Of a DNA stretch of 64,000 nt, positions 1 through 12,158 are shown piece after piece. This stretch comes from Camelus ferus (taxonomy: Eukaryota). Location: the NCBI RefSeq assembly GCF_009834535.1, contig NC_045696.1:78866001-78930000 (forward strand), read 5' to 3'. Made by a program: the position numbers and the translations under genes. The notes under the pieces were generated by a model. It was not told the DNA's origin and did no database searches. It was given only the letters and a program-made list of their open reading frames with translations. The first letter of the stretch is position 1; every line of letters starts with the position of its first letter.

Positions 1-227
1 TCTAATTATTCTGATTATGCAGGAGTGTGTCTAGTGATTTAAATGCATAGTTTACTTCAGAGCATGACATTGAGGGGCCCACAGTGGTGACCACATAAAG
101 AAAAGTTTTCAGGAAGTATATAGTTGAGAACAATGCTGTATTGCTTCAGGAACAAAGAGGACTATAAAATTTTTGTAAATATCTAACTGTCTAACATATA
201 TCTGGCTCTCTTATGTGCTCCATTGTA

Positions 228-259
228 GTGTGTGTGTGTGTGCGCACGTGCGTGTGTAC
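228..259. repeat. (TG)n microsatellite extending into a 32-bp perfectly alternating purine/pyrimidine tract
   Basis: GTGTGTGTGTGTGTGCGCACGTGCGTGTGTAC read directly. Confidence 0.9.
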
Positions 260-727
260 TTTGTAATTTACAGTTTGTATTTATAATTTGTTCATCTTCT
301 TTATTTTTTCTGAACCGGATGTTCCACTGTATCTGCCCCAAATGGCCATGCTATATCTGTTTGCTTGAAAGCAGGCAGGCATTAATACATTACAATTCTG
401 GTACCAACAACTCAACTTTCCAAATGAAAGGGTCTATGTGTCTTGCTTTGATGGCAGCAACAAGGTGAAAATCAGACAGATAACCCTCTCAGCAGCCAAC
501 CTCTGGGGAAAACAGTCTTAGACACAAAGTGAATGGCTGTAGTAGAAAGGGAGAAAAATAGGACAGTACTGGGTAAGACGTGCCTGAAGGAATAGGACAC
601 ACGGATTCGCAGGCTACCTGGAATACTGGCCCAAGGACATAAGTTTGAGAGACACTTGGGCTCTCCTCAATAGGTAGTGGTCCGTAGAGACCACCTGACT
701 GAGCAGGACAACTTGGATGTGTAAGCA

Positions 728-850
728 AGTTACTGTGTGAGCAAGGTTGTTAGCTCCTCTGAGTCTCAGTTTCCTAGCAGATAATGTTAATAATCATGAT
801 ACTACCCTGTTCAGTTATCATTATTAAAAGAGATAATGTTTATGGAGCAC
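728..850 (+). mobile_element. MIR SINE fragment
   Basis: MIR core-like CTCTGAGTCTCAGTTTCCT followed by ATAATCATGATACTACC...AAGAGATAATG. Confidence 0.7.
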
Positions 851-1794
851 AAGAGAGCTTAATATACACTGGGTAAAAATGCTTTGGTTTTAAGTAACTA
901 AATTTGACATTTTCTTCATTACCATTTGTTTCATTAAAAAATAATAAACCACTTTTCCATTTTTATTGAAAGGAAATATGAATTTCAAAAGAATTCAAAG
1001 AAAAAAGTTAAAAATGATAAAACAGTTGAACATATGTATACAGACAACAAGGTTAAATTTACCACAGAGGCTTTTGTTCTAAAGACTATAGTTGGCAAGA
1101 CAATTGAAAATGCATACGTTGCCCACTAAGTTTTATTCAGGCAGTAAGGGTATTTGTTATGACATACACCCATTTAAGGAATCCCATTAAGGGTAAAGAA
1201 GATGTTTGTATTCACTGCAGGTAGTGCCTTAGAATTCAACTCAAACATTTAATTGGGTTTATTGTAATGAGAACAGTTTTGTGAGCCAAAATACCATGAT
1301 GATGATTACATAGAAGACATTGTGTCTCGACTTGCTGATCGCTCATTATTTTAGAATAGTTAGCAAAATTGCTAACACATATTAGTTGCACATATTTTAG
1401 ACTGTAGGAGAAAATGGAGGAAAAAAGTTAGATATGAGTAATTTTGACCATTACAAAGCAGGCAGCAGTCGTCCACTGCATGTGGCTGGGAGTTGAGTGG
1501 GGAGGAGGCATGTTGTGTTTAATCTCACAATAGGTGACCCCTTTGAAGGACACGAATAATAAAAAAGGGGACGATAGGACATAGGTCTGGGTAATGAAGA
1601 AAGTGACAACTTAATTAATTTCATATGAATATTGACCAAGCCAGATTATTTTATTTATTTTATTCCTACCATCATATGATTTTTTTGAGAAGATGAATGT
1701 CATTCTAAGGTATGATTAGTAAAATCTGGTTTTAATTAAATGCTGTTTTTATTATATTATTTTCTATTAAAAGTTAATCTGATTTAATGATTTT

Positions 1795-2680
1795 GAAGCT
1801 TTCTATTTTTGAATACTTTCAGTATTACAGAAACATTTCAAAAATAGTATAAAAAATTACCATGCGCCCTTTCACCCAGGTTTCTCACTTCCTAATATTT
1901 TCTTTCCTTCCTTCCTTCTCTCTCTTCATCTTTCCCTACCCCTGTCCCTTTCCTATCAAATCTGAAATCACATGTTGAATTTATTTTCTGTTTAATCTCT
2001 TTAACTTCAAACAGTTTGTTGGTCCATATATGCTTCTTTTGACTTTGATACTTTTTGAGAAATATAGGTCAGTTATTGTATAGAATGTCCCTCAGTTAGA
2101 GTTTATCTGATGTTCCCTCATGATTATATTTCCTCAGGTTATGAATTTTGGGCAGAAAGACCACAGAAGTAATGATGTTTTCATCTCAGTGCATCATAAC
2201 AGGAGGCACTTGGTTGATTTTTCCCATGATCATTTGGTTAATGTGGTGAGTTGCCAGGTTTCTCTGTGATTAACATATTACTATTTTTCCCTTTGCAGTT
2301 AATAAGTACAAATTTGACAGGTTAGGGAGAGACAATGTGAATATCCTGTTTCTTGTCACACTTTCAACCGCTAATTTAGTATCAGTTCATGATTCTTATC
2401 TGAAACAAATATTAAATTCATCACTTGTTTATTATTAGTTGGAACTGGCTGTAAGAAAAAGCCTTTCTTTCTGATTTGCATTCATTTGTACATTCATTCA
2501 TATCAGTATAGACTCATGGGCTCTTACATTATTCTCAGGGTTATAATTTTTTACTATTATTATTTATTTTGAGGCTGAAATTGTCCCACATTTGTCCAGT
2601 GGGAGCCTCTCCATGCTGTTCCTGTGTCGTTCTGACATGTGCCTGTCATCCTTGGGCACCTTCTTACTTCTCTTCAGCAC
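1795..2680 (-). mobile_element. Ancient L1 3' end (L1MC4/L1MC5-like)
   Basis: Antisense L1MC-type motifs TTACAGAAACATTTCAAAAATAGTA...TTCACCCAG, GGTCAGTTATTGTATAGAATGTCCCTCA, TTTTGGGCAGAAAGACCACAGAAGT, TTGTCCAGTGGGAGCCTCT; subfamily from memory. Confidence 0.8.
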
Positions 2681-3924
2681 ATTTTTTGCAAAAACCTCTA
2701 ATTGTTGGGGGTCTTTGACTTCCTTTTGGTTAATATTTTGGAATAGTCTTTTCATATGTAAAGCAATGAAAAATTTTTAGTGATTACAAAATGAAGTAAA
2801 TTTACAAAGTAATTTAGTAAAGCATATTAAGATTACAAAAACTAATTACAAAAGTCACAAAATATTTTAGTAGTTTCAAAAATAGAAACTGAAGTGTGCT
2901 GAATATTGGAGTGTAGGGACACCTCATCTGTGAAAAAGTGGCAAACAATGAGGTCACTGCCAATCTGGAACAACACAATAATCTCACTAACACCACATAC
3001 AGAAGTGCCAACACCCCAATACAGACACAAACACAGATGTGCACATCAAACCAAACAGGTAGCAATAACAAAGCTATAACTCACCCTAGCTAAAAATAAT
3101 TTTAGTGACTTAAAGTTTGAGGTTTGAGGTTTATGGAAATAGCATGGTAGTTTAAATTACCTAGATGGTGTCAATAGAATATAATAAAGTCCATGAGGAG
3201 GACAAGGGAACAATTCTTTCACTGAACACTTCAAATGCACATTGAAAACCGTATGAGACAGGAAAGATGTAGACAAGACGATTTAGCACCCAGTCTCTGG
3301 GCTACCTCCATCTGAACTCTTGCCAAATTATATTATCACTGGTGTATTGGTCTATTTCCCTGAGTAGACAGAGGACATCTTTTTGTTCCTGACACTTAAC
3401 TTAATTACCACTGAATAAATATTCCATGAAATAATCAATACATAAATAACAAACAAATGAACTTCCTAGCAGGACTCCTATCACGCGGCTCTCTTGCCTG
3501 ATGGAGAATGTAGCAAAATTTGCATAGCGCCTTTCACTTGCTTGTCCAAATACCCTAGGGACGGGATAATATTAATATATACTATGTTCAATACATTTAG
3601 AATCTCCTTTGTAATTTTGGAATAAAAATTTTCTGTTTAAGAAAAAGCCTAAGCACTATAATAATCTTGAATATTTTCTTTTAATCTCAAAAGTCATCAA
3701 AACACTTCAGTCATTGCAATGAGACAGAACCTATCTCTGATTCCATCACTTCACTCTCATCCACTGGTTCTTCTCTGCAAAGTACCACTGTTCTTTGGCT
3801 TGTTTAAATGGTCAACTCTTATTCAGTCTCGAAGGCTCAGTTCAAATATCGTTGTTGGGAGAAATTTAGACACAGTCCATGTTCCTCTAAATGCCGGGTT
3901 TACTCTGGACATCCTTTTATAAGT

Positions 3925-4022
3925 ATATACCAACAGTGGATTGTAATTATTTGTTTGACCCTCTCCCCAGATGGGGCACAGTGCCTTCCCTATAAGAGGT
4001 GCACAGCAAGTGTTTGTGAAGT
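3925..4022 (+). mobile_element. L2 3' end fragment
   Basis: ATTGTAATTATTTGTTT...GCACAGTGCCTT...GAGGTGCACAGCAAGTGTTTGTGAA resembles the L2 terminus. Confidence 0.55.
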
Positions 4023-5864
4023 TAAAGGTGACTATTTCTAAGTGCCCTTGATTCCAGAAAAAACAGTTAAAAATGCATATGGCAAGAAAGAACTGGTTAA
4101 TGATTTCTTTTTATGTATAGCCTGAATAGGTATATAGTTGGACTATTCTGGTTTACAAATACCAGAAAAATCCAGCACCATTCCTAATGTTACGTAGACT
4201 CAATCACTAAGGAAAAACTAAACACCCACAAGATAAACCTAATGAAGGTAATATGTTTACTTTCATCTAATACAATTATCCATGATTATAAGCATAATAG
4301 ATTCAAAGGCGAAAACGAAGAATGGTGTAAGCATTCTGCAACAAATGGTCTACAAACACACGGAGAAAGAGAAAAGCCTCAGGTTAAAAGTAGCGAAGGC
4401 TACAACATAAAGACAGTTACACTAAGATACTTCCCAGTAATCAGATCTCTGATTAAATTTGAATGAAAATCCAAATTGTTCACTCTCCCAAATTTCAACT
4501 TATGAAGACCTTTTTTTTTTTTTTAATCTAACTTTTTCTAGGAAGTTTCAATCAGTAGTTTTTAAAAGACAAGCTTGTGAACCCTAGATTAGGGCCATAT
4601 GGCATGCATTTTGGAGCAGCTGTTAAGCCTACATAAAGGCACTAGAACAGGGGCCCAAAATATCCGGAGGCAAACCACTAATTCCAGCGTCCAGGGCAGC
4701 ACACCGGCAGCTAGCCTCGGGTAATCTTATTTACTAGCGCCAAAGGGATATGTGATAGGTCTTGATTAGATGTTAACAATAAATCCACCTCATATTGAAA
4801 ATTGGAATAATTCTTGGCTTTTGGGTTCTACTGAAACCTAAGTAACAGGGTGACACTGGCCCCTGCAACCCATCAGAAATACTGCCTGAAGCCCGAAATC
4901 CACTGTTATGTTAACCAGTGAAGGCTCATCGCAGGGGAAATTATTCATGGAACTCGGCCCTCAGTTAGAGAACTTTTTCAAAAGTTTTCCCGGCCCAGTA
5001 GTTCCTACAGTAGCTAATGTGGATTTCCAGCTCAGAGGGTCATGGAATGCTGTTCGATAGCGAAGGAAATATTAAAACAAATAGAAGGTCAATTTAGAAG
5101 AAGCAATGATCTGAATCTCCCCCAGGGTGCCCTCACATTAAGCTTGGATTGGTAATTGAAAATAAATCTTTTATGTCTGGGTGACAAGGCTGAGGTCCGG
5201 TCCTGGGTGCAGTTTTCTCGGAGCATTATACTTTCCAGCTTGAAGTCCCTGTCCTTTTGGGCTGATTTTGACCTGTAATGCCACAGTAGGATGCTGGCTG
5301 CCAAGTGATTAGCTATTCAAGAAAAAAAGTGAAACTAATCTCCGTATTAATATACATGAGGTGAAATGAGAAAGAATCTGAGACTTGGAGGCACAGAGAC
5401 TGATGTAACAAGCTGTGCAGTGAGGCATACTCCCCCGGATCCAGTGGCAGAATCAAACCCCAGAGAGGCAGGGTGACATTTGGCAGAGGTGGTGCAAGAG
5501 ACAGTTGCTGTGGGCTGAAGTGACAGCTTGATTTTCTAGCACTCTAATGTAAAGAGTTAGTCCTTTTTCAGAATAAAAAGAGCATCCTGTTATTATGCCA
5601 CTTAGTAAAAGGCATACAAGTGCAGAATTCAGTTTTTTTTCCTTTTACTTTGAGGGTTGGAAGGAAGCTATATTGAAGACAAGGTATGAGTTTTTAAAAA
5701 CTTTGCTAACTTACAAAGCACATCTACATCAATTTGTAGTTTCTAAAGAACCTATGTATAGCCTATCTGCCCTCTGTTAGAAATGCCCCTTCTTTCTCTT
5801 GAAGAGTCAGATAATCATGAAGACCCATTAATATCACAAATAAGAATTTTTATATGAAAATTAG

Positions 5865-5960
5865 TTCATTAAATCAACATTCATTGGGCACCTCCTTTTT
5901 GCCAGACACTCTGATAGTTGCTCAATATATAGTCTAGTAAGACATGTCTCCTGTTATTCA
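5865..5960 (-). mobile_element. L2 3' end fragment
   Basis: TTCATTAAATCAACATTCATTGGGCACCTCCTTTTGCCAGACACT is the antisense L2 terminus. Confidence 0.65.
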
Positions 5961-6009
5961 GAAAGTTAGATTTTATTCAAATATTTCTCAAGTGTATTTC
6001 TTGGCCTTC

Positions 6010-6158
6010 CTGCAATCTCACCCCACAGAGAGTATGTGAAAATGATTCTTTAGAATCAGAATGTCTGAGGAAGGTGTCCAGAATCTCTGGGGGGTGAAAT
6101 CTGCACTTTCTACAAGTCCCCAGGTGATTTCCACATACACTAAAATTTGAGAACTATG
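6010..6158. mobile_element. MER5-like hAT-Charlie DNA transposon remnant
   Basis: GAATCAGAAT...AATCTGCACTTTCTACAAGTCCCCAGGTGATT...AAAATTTGAGAACTA matches the MER5A-type end. Confidence 0.7.
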
Positions 6159-6204
6159 ATGCCTTAAAGGTAAAGAATGTAAGGAATTCCTACCAAAAAT
6201 ATTA

Positions 6205-6312
6205 GGGCTGGAAAGAATGTTAGTAAGTAACTAGGGCAATCACATAGTTTTACAGATGAGAAAACTGAGGCATCAGAGAGTGAATGTAAATTGCCTGATG
6301 TCACGCAGCTGT
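6205..6312 (-). mobile_element. MIR SINE fragment
   Basis: TTTTACAGATGAGAAAACTGAGGC antisense MIR core, then TTGCCTGATGTCACGCAGCT. Confidence 0.85.
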
Positions 6313-7370
6313 TGAGGACCCCCATTTTCCCATCATTTCCCCCATTTTCCTATCTTCTAAGCCAAATGTTTGCAAAGGGTAAGAAACAGGCTGTGGGTTT
6401 CTTTACTCAGACTTATTCACAACATTGTATATGTCCCCTCTTCTTTTTGTTTGACCAACCAGCTATTTCCATGTAATAGTGTTTTGTGTTATAGGTCTGT
6501 GATGGCAAAAGTTTGGTCTATGAAACTACGTACTCTGTTGACCTGCTCTGCAAGGACTACCTTTCATCTGCCCTGAACTATTGTAGACAAGCAGGGGTAT
6601 TTTTCCATGCAAAAATCAGTTCTCCCACAACAACAACAACAAAATGAATGTGCAAAGTCTATTCTATGCAACTTTATTAACTTTTCTTGCAGTTAAAAAT
6701 GTTGATTTTTATCTACAAATTATCCTTCTAGTTCCAAAGGAAAGGAAAAGCTGGATTTTAAAATGTGGGGCAATAAAATCCTTCCTATTACTTTTACATT
6801 TCTATGTACCTTGGGAAAAATTTTCTCTTATCAATTAACTTTATTATTCTCTTTCCTAGGAAATTCTTTTCTGAGTCGAATTAGCTATGTGATTAAGACA
6901 GTTTCCTTTTGTTCTGCACTCAGAGAAGATGGAAAACATCTGGCAGATTTTTCTGGCAGGATATTCAAGGAAAATCTTTACCCTTCAGGCAAAATAGTCC
7001 AAATCTTTTTTGTCTACATTGTAGGAATCTATTCCCCAACTCTTATATAAATGTATCAGTACTTGATACAGATGAATATCTGTTGATCAGAGCCAAGTTA
7101 TAGTAGTTTAATTTGCAATTTATTTGAATAAAGTCAATTATAACAAAAGCAATGTTATAAATTCCATGGAAAATCATTTGCTCTTTAGGTGTTTCACCTG
7201 TTATCCAAGCCAAGAGAAAAGTCATTATGCAGCATGCTAAGAATTTTTTCGAGCTTATATAAGGGAAAGGCCGCTGGTATATTGCATTTGACCAGCTCTG
7301 CCAGGTGCCATAGGGTTGCTCATTAACCCAGCCCCCTCATAGTGAGGAAATTGTCACGGCACAATGAAGT

Positions 7371-7389
7371 TGGCCTCCAGGGGGCGCCT
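7371..7389 (+). promoter_or_regulatory. CTCF binding motif, forward orientation
   Basis: TGGCCTCCAGGGGGCGCCT vs consensus TGGCCACCAGGGGGCGC (1 mismatch in the core); retains a CpG in a CpG-poor region. Confidence 0.75.
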
Positions 7390-8539
7390 CCTCCCAATTT
7401 ACACAAAGGTGCCTGATGTAGCTGCTGGCCCAAGAGGTCCACAGCAAGCTTCTGCAAATCGTTTAGGATTATATTTGTGTATAAACAGGCTTAGACTCTT
7501 TCCCCATCCCACTCTTCTTACAAAGAAAAAATAATAGTATATTTTACACTGCAAATCGGTCCACTATTAAGTGAACATAATTTGTAAAGTTTTCATTTCT
7601 TAGTAACAATTTCTCTGAATATTTTAGAGTTATTAAAAATAGCAGTTTTCTGTTTTGTTAACTGTTGTACATAGTTTCCTTTTGTTTCTTAAAATTAGAC
7701 TTGGTTAATATTGCACTCCTCAAAGATGAAAAATTCCACCAAAGTGAGTGTGATGGGCTGACTCATGAAAAACAGGCAGCCCCTGTGATAGGTGCAAGTT
7801 TGGCAAAAGAGCAAACCTTGACTTCCTACTTAGCTGAGCTGGTACAGTCATTCCATCCTCAATGGTAAAACAAAAAAAGCCCTTTCCTTACTAAAAACAG
7901 CATGTCAGATTCCACCAGAGAAACTTCACTCGGAGAAACAAGCACGGCTTCGAGGGTAAGAAGGGGTGATCAGTATTTGATTACATATATCCTAGGTCAC
8001 AGCCCTCACTTCCCCGAGCTGGGCTGCAGATCCTCTTAAATTATTTGTGATCAGATGCAAAGAATGTTAACTTCTCAAACTCAGCTTCCAGACCCAGCAC
8101 CAAGCCTGCTCCACTAGTGCAACCTCCTTCTCCTTCCCTTTTTTCCAGCCTCTTTGATTCAGCCAAGTCAGACTTCTATTCCTTTTTCCCCGAGTCTTCC
8201 TCCAGGCTATCAGCTACATCCGTGTTCTACTTGTATTTCATTTGCCACCTGAAAGTTTCTCTGCACTCCAGTCTCACTCCTCAAGCTACCATTTTTTTCT
8301 TTTACAACCCTTTCCCCTGAACACAAACAGATCCCTAATTTAAACCAAATAAATAAAATTCAAATTTAAAAAACATTTTAATATATACACTATAAAAAGT
8401 TATATATATATAATATATAATATATATGGTCTTTCCAGAATACTAATTACATGATTTTTACTAATGCCTATTCTATTATATAGAAATTAATAATAATTAT
8501 TTTCCTATATAATATAACTATGTCCTCTGTAATATAACT

Positions 8540-8720
8540 AGAATTTATTGAGAATCTTACATTATGCTAGGTGCCTGGTTAAGTGCTTTGCATACTGTAT
8601 TTCATTTTACTTAGATAATAACCCTAAATAGTAGGTAAAGGTTTGAGGTCACCTAGTGAGTTAACGACAGGGTAAGACTTAAAGGCTTTGTCCTGGAAAA
8701 AAGCATGCACTTAATATTTT
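8540..8720 (-). mobile_element. MIR SINE fragment (core partly deleted)
   Basis: ATTTATTGAG...TGCTAGGTGCC...TAAGTGCTTTGCATA...ATAACCCT...GAGGTCACCTAGTGAGT. Confidence 0.65.
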
Positions 8721-11117
8721 GAAAATGAAGTTTTGCCTTTATGTATGATCTTTTTTAAGCAAACTATTCCTCTGCTATAGCAATCTAAAGGATGACTTTT
8801 CCTGGGCTTCTGAGCATTTCTCTTCTGAACACTTAACTTTTTTCTCCTTTAACAAATCATCCAACCTATATAACCTCCTTTCATTCCTTGATAATATAAT
8901 CTTCTCCTTACCCTAGGTCATACAGTAGAACAAATGCATGCTCCATTTGTGACAATGAAACACAGCAGCCTCCTTCTTACAGGACAAAGGCACAATCAGA
9001 GAAGAGAAAAATAACTAAGCGAAAAAGGAAAGTGAGAGAAAACTCCCCTGGTTTTAAACATAACTCAGCAGAAAATTTGTCTTTCATCTAAAGTATTTCC
9101 AGGCTAATGACTTGTGGTTTCTTCAGCCTTCATTTAAGTAGAACAGGACTCACTTTTCATAAAGCAGGTAAGTGGATAAAGTCCTTATTCATTTCCACAT
9201 TAATTTTAAAGGGACTGTGAACTAGCTTCACTTGATATCAGCACTCATCTCAGAGAGAGCCGGCTGTCAGAGCTCCTGGGGACAGAGCTGTCTCGTCTTA
9301 TTTCAGGAGAGGGGTATGTTCCTTGGTCATGCAGCTTAAAGAGATTGGCATTAGATCTCTGCCCTGAGTGCTCCGTTCTTCATGTCTTCTGCACAGGACC
9401 ATGCAGTTCTTGGGGGGAGGGTTCTCTTAATTATTAGAATAGGTCTTAGAGTTCAGCTCAAGAGAAAACGCACTGGAGCATGTGACAGGCACAGCACTGG
9501 GCACTGAGTTTAGAGAGGCATGGAAAAAAAGCAACACGTAGATTAGAACAATCACAGTATAATAAAAATGAAGGAAGAAATGCAGTTCTCAGCTTGCTGC
9601 TGTTCATAAAGGAAGCAGTGACATAATATCGAAGACGGGAGAAGGGCACTATACAACAGGTGTTTTGACATCGAGCAATAGGAACTTCAGGTGTGCTCCA
9701 TTTCGTTCAGAGTCTAAGGCTGTATCATTAACAGACAAAGGCGTGGGCACCAATACGACTGTTATAGTCTCTTTAGGGCTCCTCACAAGTTTCATATGAA
9801 ACTTTCAGTTGTATATGGGGCCATCACAAATCTTTTGGGCATGGAGAAGCCACAGAGTAGAAGGCAGAGAAGCAAGAGTGGGGAAAATGACCGTATGGGA
9901 GTAATATAAAGAACTCTAATGTCAAGACTGTATACTGGATTACTGTGTCCATTTTTGATTCTAACCTCCCACACTATAATCTGAAATACCATCTTTATAC
10001 TAAAATTCTTTATTTTGCAATAAGTCCCCAGTACATATCCTAAAAAAATCATAAGTATTCAATACACGTTTGCTGAATTGGAGGCTATTCATAGTTATTG
10101 TGGATAATCTTTATAAATAATTATGTACATGATTCTTTTCCATATTAGAATATAAACATTTGAATGAGATTGAGGGGAGGGAAAAAATCATATTTATAGC
10201 CCCTGCCAGCCTCTAGCACATGGCAGGCCATCATCTATAGGAGGACACGATGTATGCGTGAATTTGGGTATCATTTCTCCTTGGTCAAAATGGGATCTTG
10301 ATCTGGCTGAGCTCCACTTGCAAATGTGAAGGTGGAGCTGGAAGTCGGGCTCCTGTCAGTTCCGAAGCTGAACTAATTGTGCAGTGATCCACATCACTCA
10401 CTAACACAGTCAGCATGGAGGAATGAGTCACAACTGGTCTGTTTATTTCTTGCGTACAGACACAGGCTAAAAACATGTCCTGTGGATGATAACTTTTTTC
10501 GAGAATCTGTCATTTACCTGTATCACACAGCTGCAAATTTTTAGGCAAACTTACAGACACTCTCAGTCCTCCTTCAGATGAGGTCAGACATTGGAGCAAA
10601 GCAGAGCAGAAGCCATCACTGTGGAGACTGAAAACGCTAGTCTTTCAGAGGTGGGAGGCTTCCCGCTGAGATGGCTGTTAGTGACTTCCTGTGATAGCTG
10701 TCATGGCTGTTGGCTTAGGCTCTCTATCTCATCTCCGAGCTAGGCTGCTTGACTGGTGAATGATGAATGCAAGTTGGTCTAGCTGACAGCTGTCTACTAC
10801 CCAGGGACTATAGATAACTGTAAGTAAAGTTAAAAGAGTGGAGAGACTTCCCGGCTGCACTGATAAAATCATTTAGATGAGAAGTTTGCATAAGAGGTAG
10901 AATTGTGGGAGAGAGCTAAGACAAGAAGGATGTGCCACAAAGTCCTCCATAAAGGTTCTGAGAAACAGATTCTTAAGGGAGAAATGGAGGTGGGCTTTTC
11001 TCTCAAAGATCTTGAACATACCTTCTGCCAGATAAGAGTGAAGAACTGATCTTAAGAAGCAAATGAGGGAGTGGAGAGACTGTTGAGGTCAAGGATTATT
11101 TTTACAGTTTCTAGGAC

Positions 11118-11242
11118 ATGTGTATCCCTAGGGCTTACCATATAATAGGCTCTCGATAAACATACATGGACTTGAAATGAAAATGGGCACAGAACTGTCA
11201 AGACTAGAGAATCACCATTGACGTTGGTATCTAAGTAATGCC
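11118..11242 (+). repeat. Copy 1 of a diverged ~125-bp local direct repeat (L2-tail-like start plus flank)
   Basis: Manual alignment to 12033-12158 gives about 93/126 identities; both copies start ATGTGTATCCCTAGGG and end AAGTAATGCC. Confidence 0.85.
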
Positions 11243-12032
11243 TAAAAACAAAGACGACTCATAAATTTTATTGGCATTATAAAGAAGTATAGGCAATCTT
11301 CCCTAATGCATGATTGATTCACAGTAATCTAGAGAATGCTTAAGATGTATCAGTCTTCAGATTTGGAAATGCTCCAATTAAATAGGCTCTTGAGCTACTG
11401 GTTGTTGAGGATTATTCTATTCCGTATGCCTACCTGGTCCATAACATAACAATGATAAGGATCAATGGGCACTTAAGTTGGATTAGCTCCACGCACTTGT
11501 CACTTTCCTCTCTTTGGTTCGTACTGATTCTGTCCATCAGTGAGACCATCTGCTGATTGTCAGAGCCATTTTTCCCACTGCAACAAACTTAACCTCCCAT
11601 TAATTCATGAGTATAATTCCTCTAGAATCCAGAAAAATTTCTTATTAAAAATGGAACTAAGGTTATCCTGGTGAGTTTTTTCATAAAGCATAGCCTGCCT
11701 ATTCTTCACACAAAAGTTTGTCTGCATGTGGAAAGCTGGTTTTGCAGTTATAACCAGTTGGATTTAGAGATAAGATCATATATAGAGCAACCAATATGCT
11801 CAAAGATCAATGACTTCATTTCCATTAAATTTGACTTAGTCGAAATAGGTAAGTAAATATGTGGTGGGAATCCTGCCGCTTCTGCATTTCTTTTAGATCC
11901 TTCTGCTTTCTTCTAACCTCAGCAGGCCCTAACCAGGGCCAACACTGCCATTCTTATTTCTAAAATACTTGTTTGGGGACTAGCTAAATAATCTGATGAG
12001 TGAATGACTACTGGGTGTTTAGGAGTCACTTA

Positions 12033-12158
12033 ATGTGTATCCCTAGGGTTTGTCACATAATAGGTAGTCAAGAAATATACCCTGAATTGAATAAAAAAAT
12101 GGGCCCAATTTTGTCAAGGTTACAGAATCACCTTTGGTGTTAATCTCCAAGTAATGCC
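12033..12158 (+). repeat. Copy 2 of the ~125-bp local direct repeat
   Basis: Colinear with 11118-11242 apart from one gap. Confidence 0.85.

Noticed and set aside
2760..2890. Recurring TTACAAAA motifs
   Set aside because: Irregular spacing in very AT-rich sequence; low complexity rather than an array
4860..4937. Possible multi-stem RNA structure (CCCCTGC/GCAGGGG enclosing CACTGTTA/TAACCAGTG)
   Set aside because: Stems are short and imperfect, with no snoRNA boxes or known RNA family recognised; within chance expectation
9103..9168. Plus-strand pseudo-exon ending CAG|GTAAGT
   Set aside because: Weak acceptor and unrecognised peptide; such AG/GT pairs are common in introns
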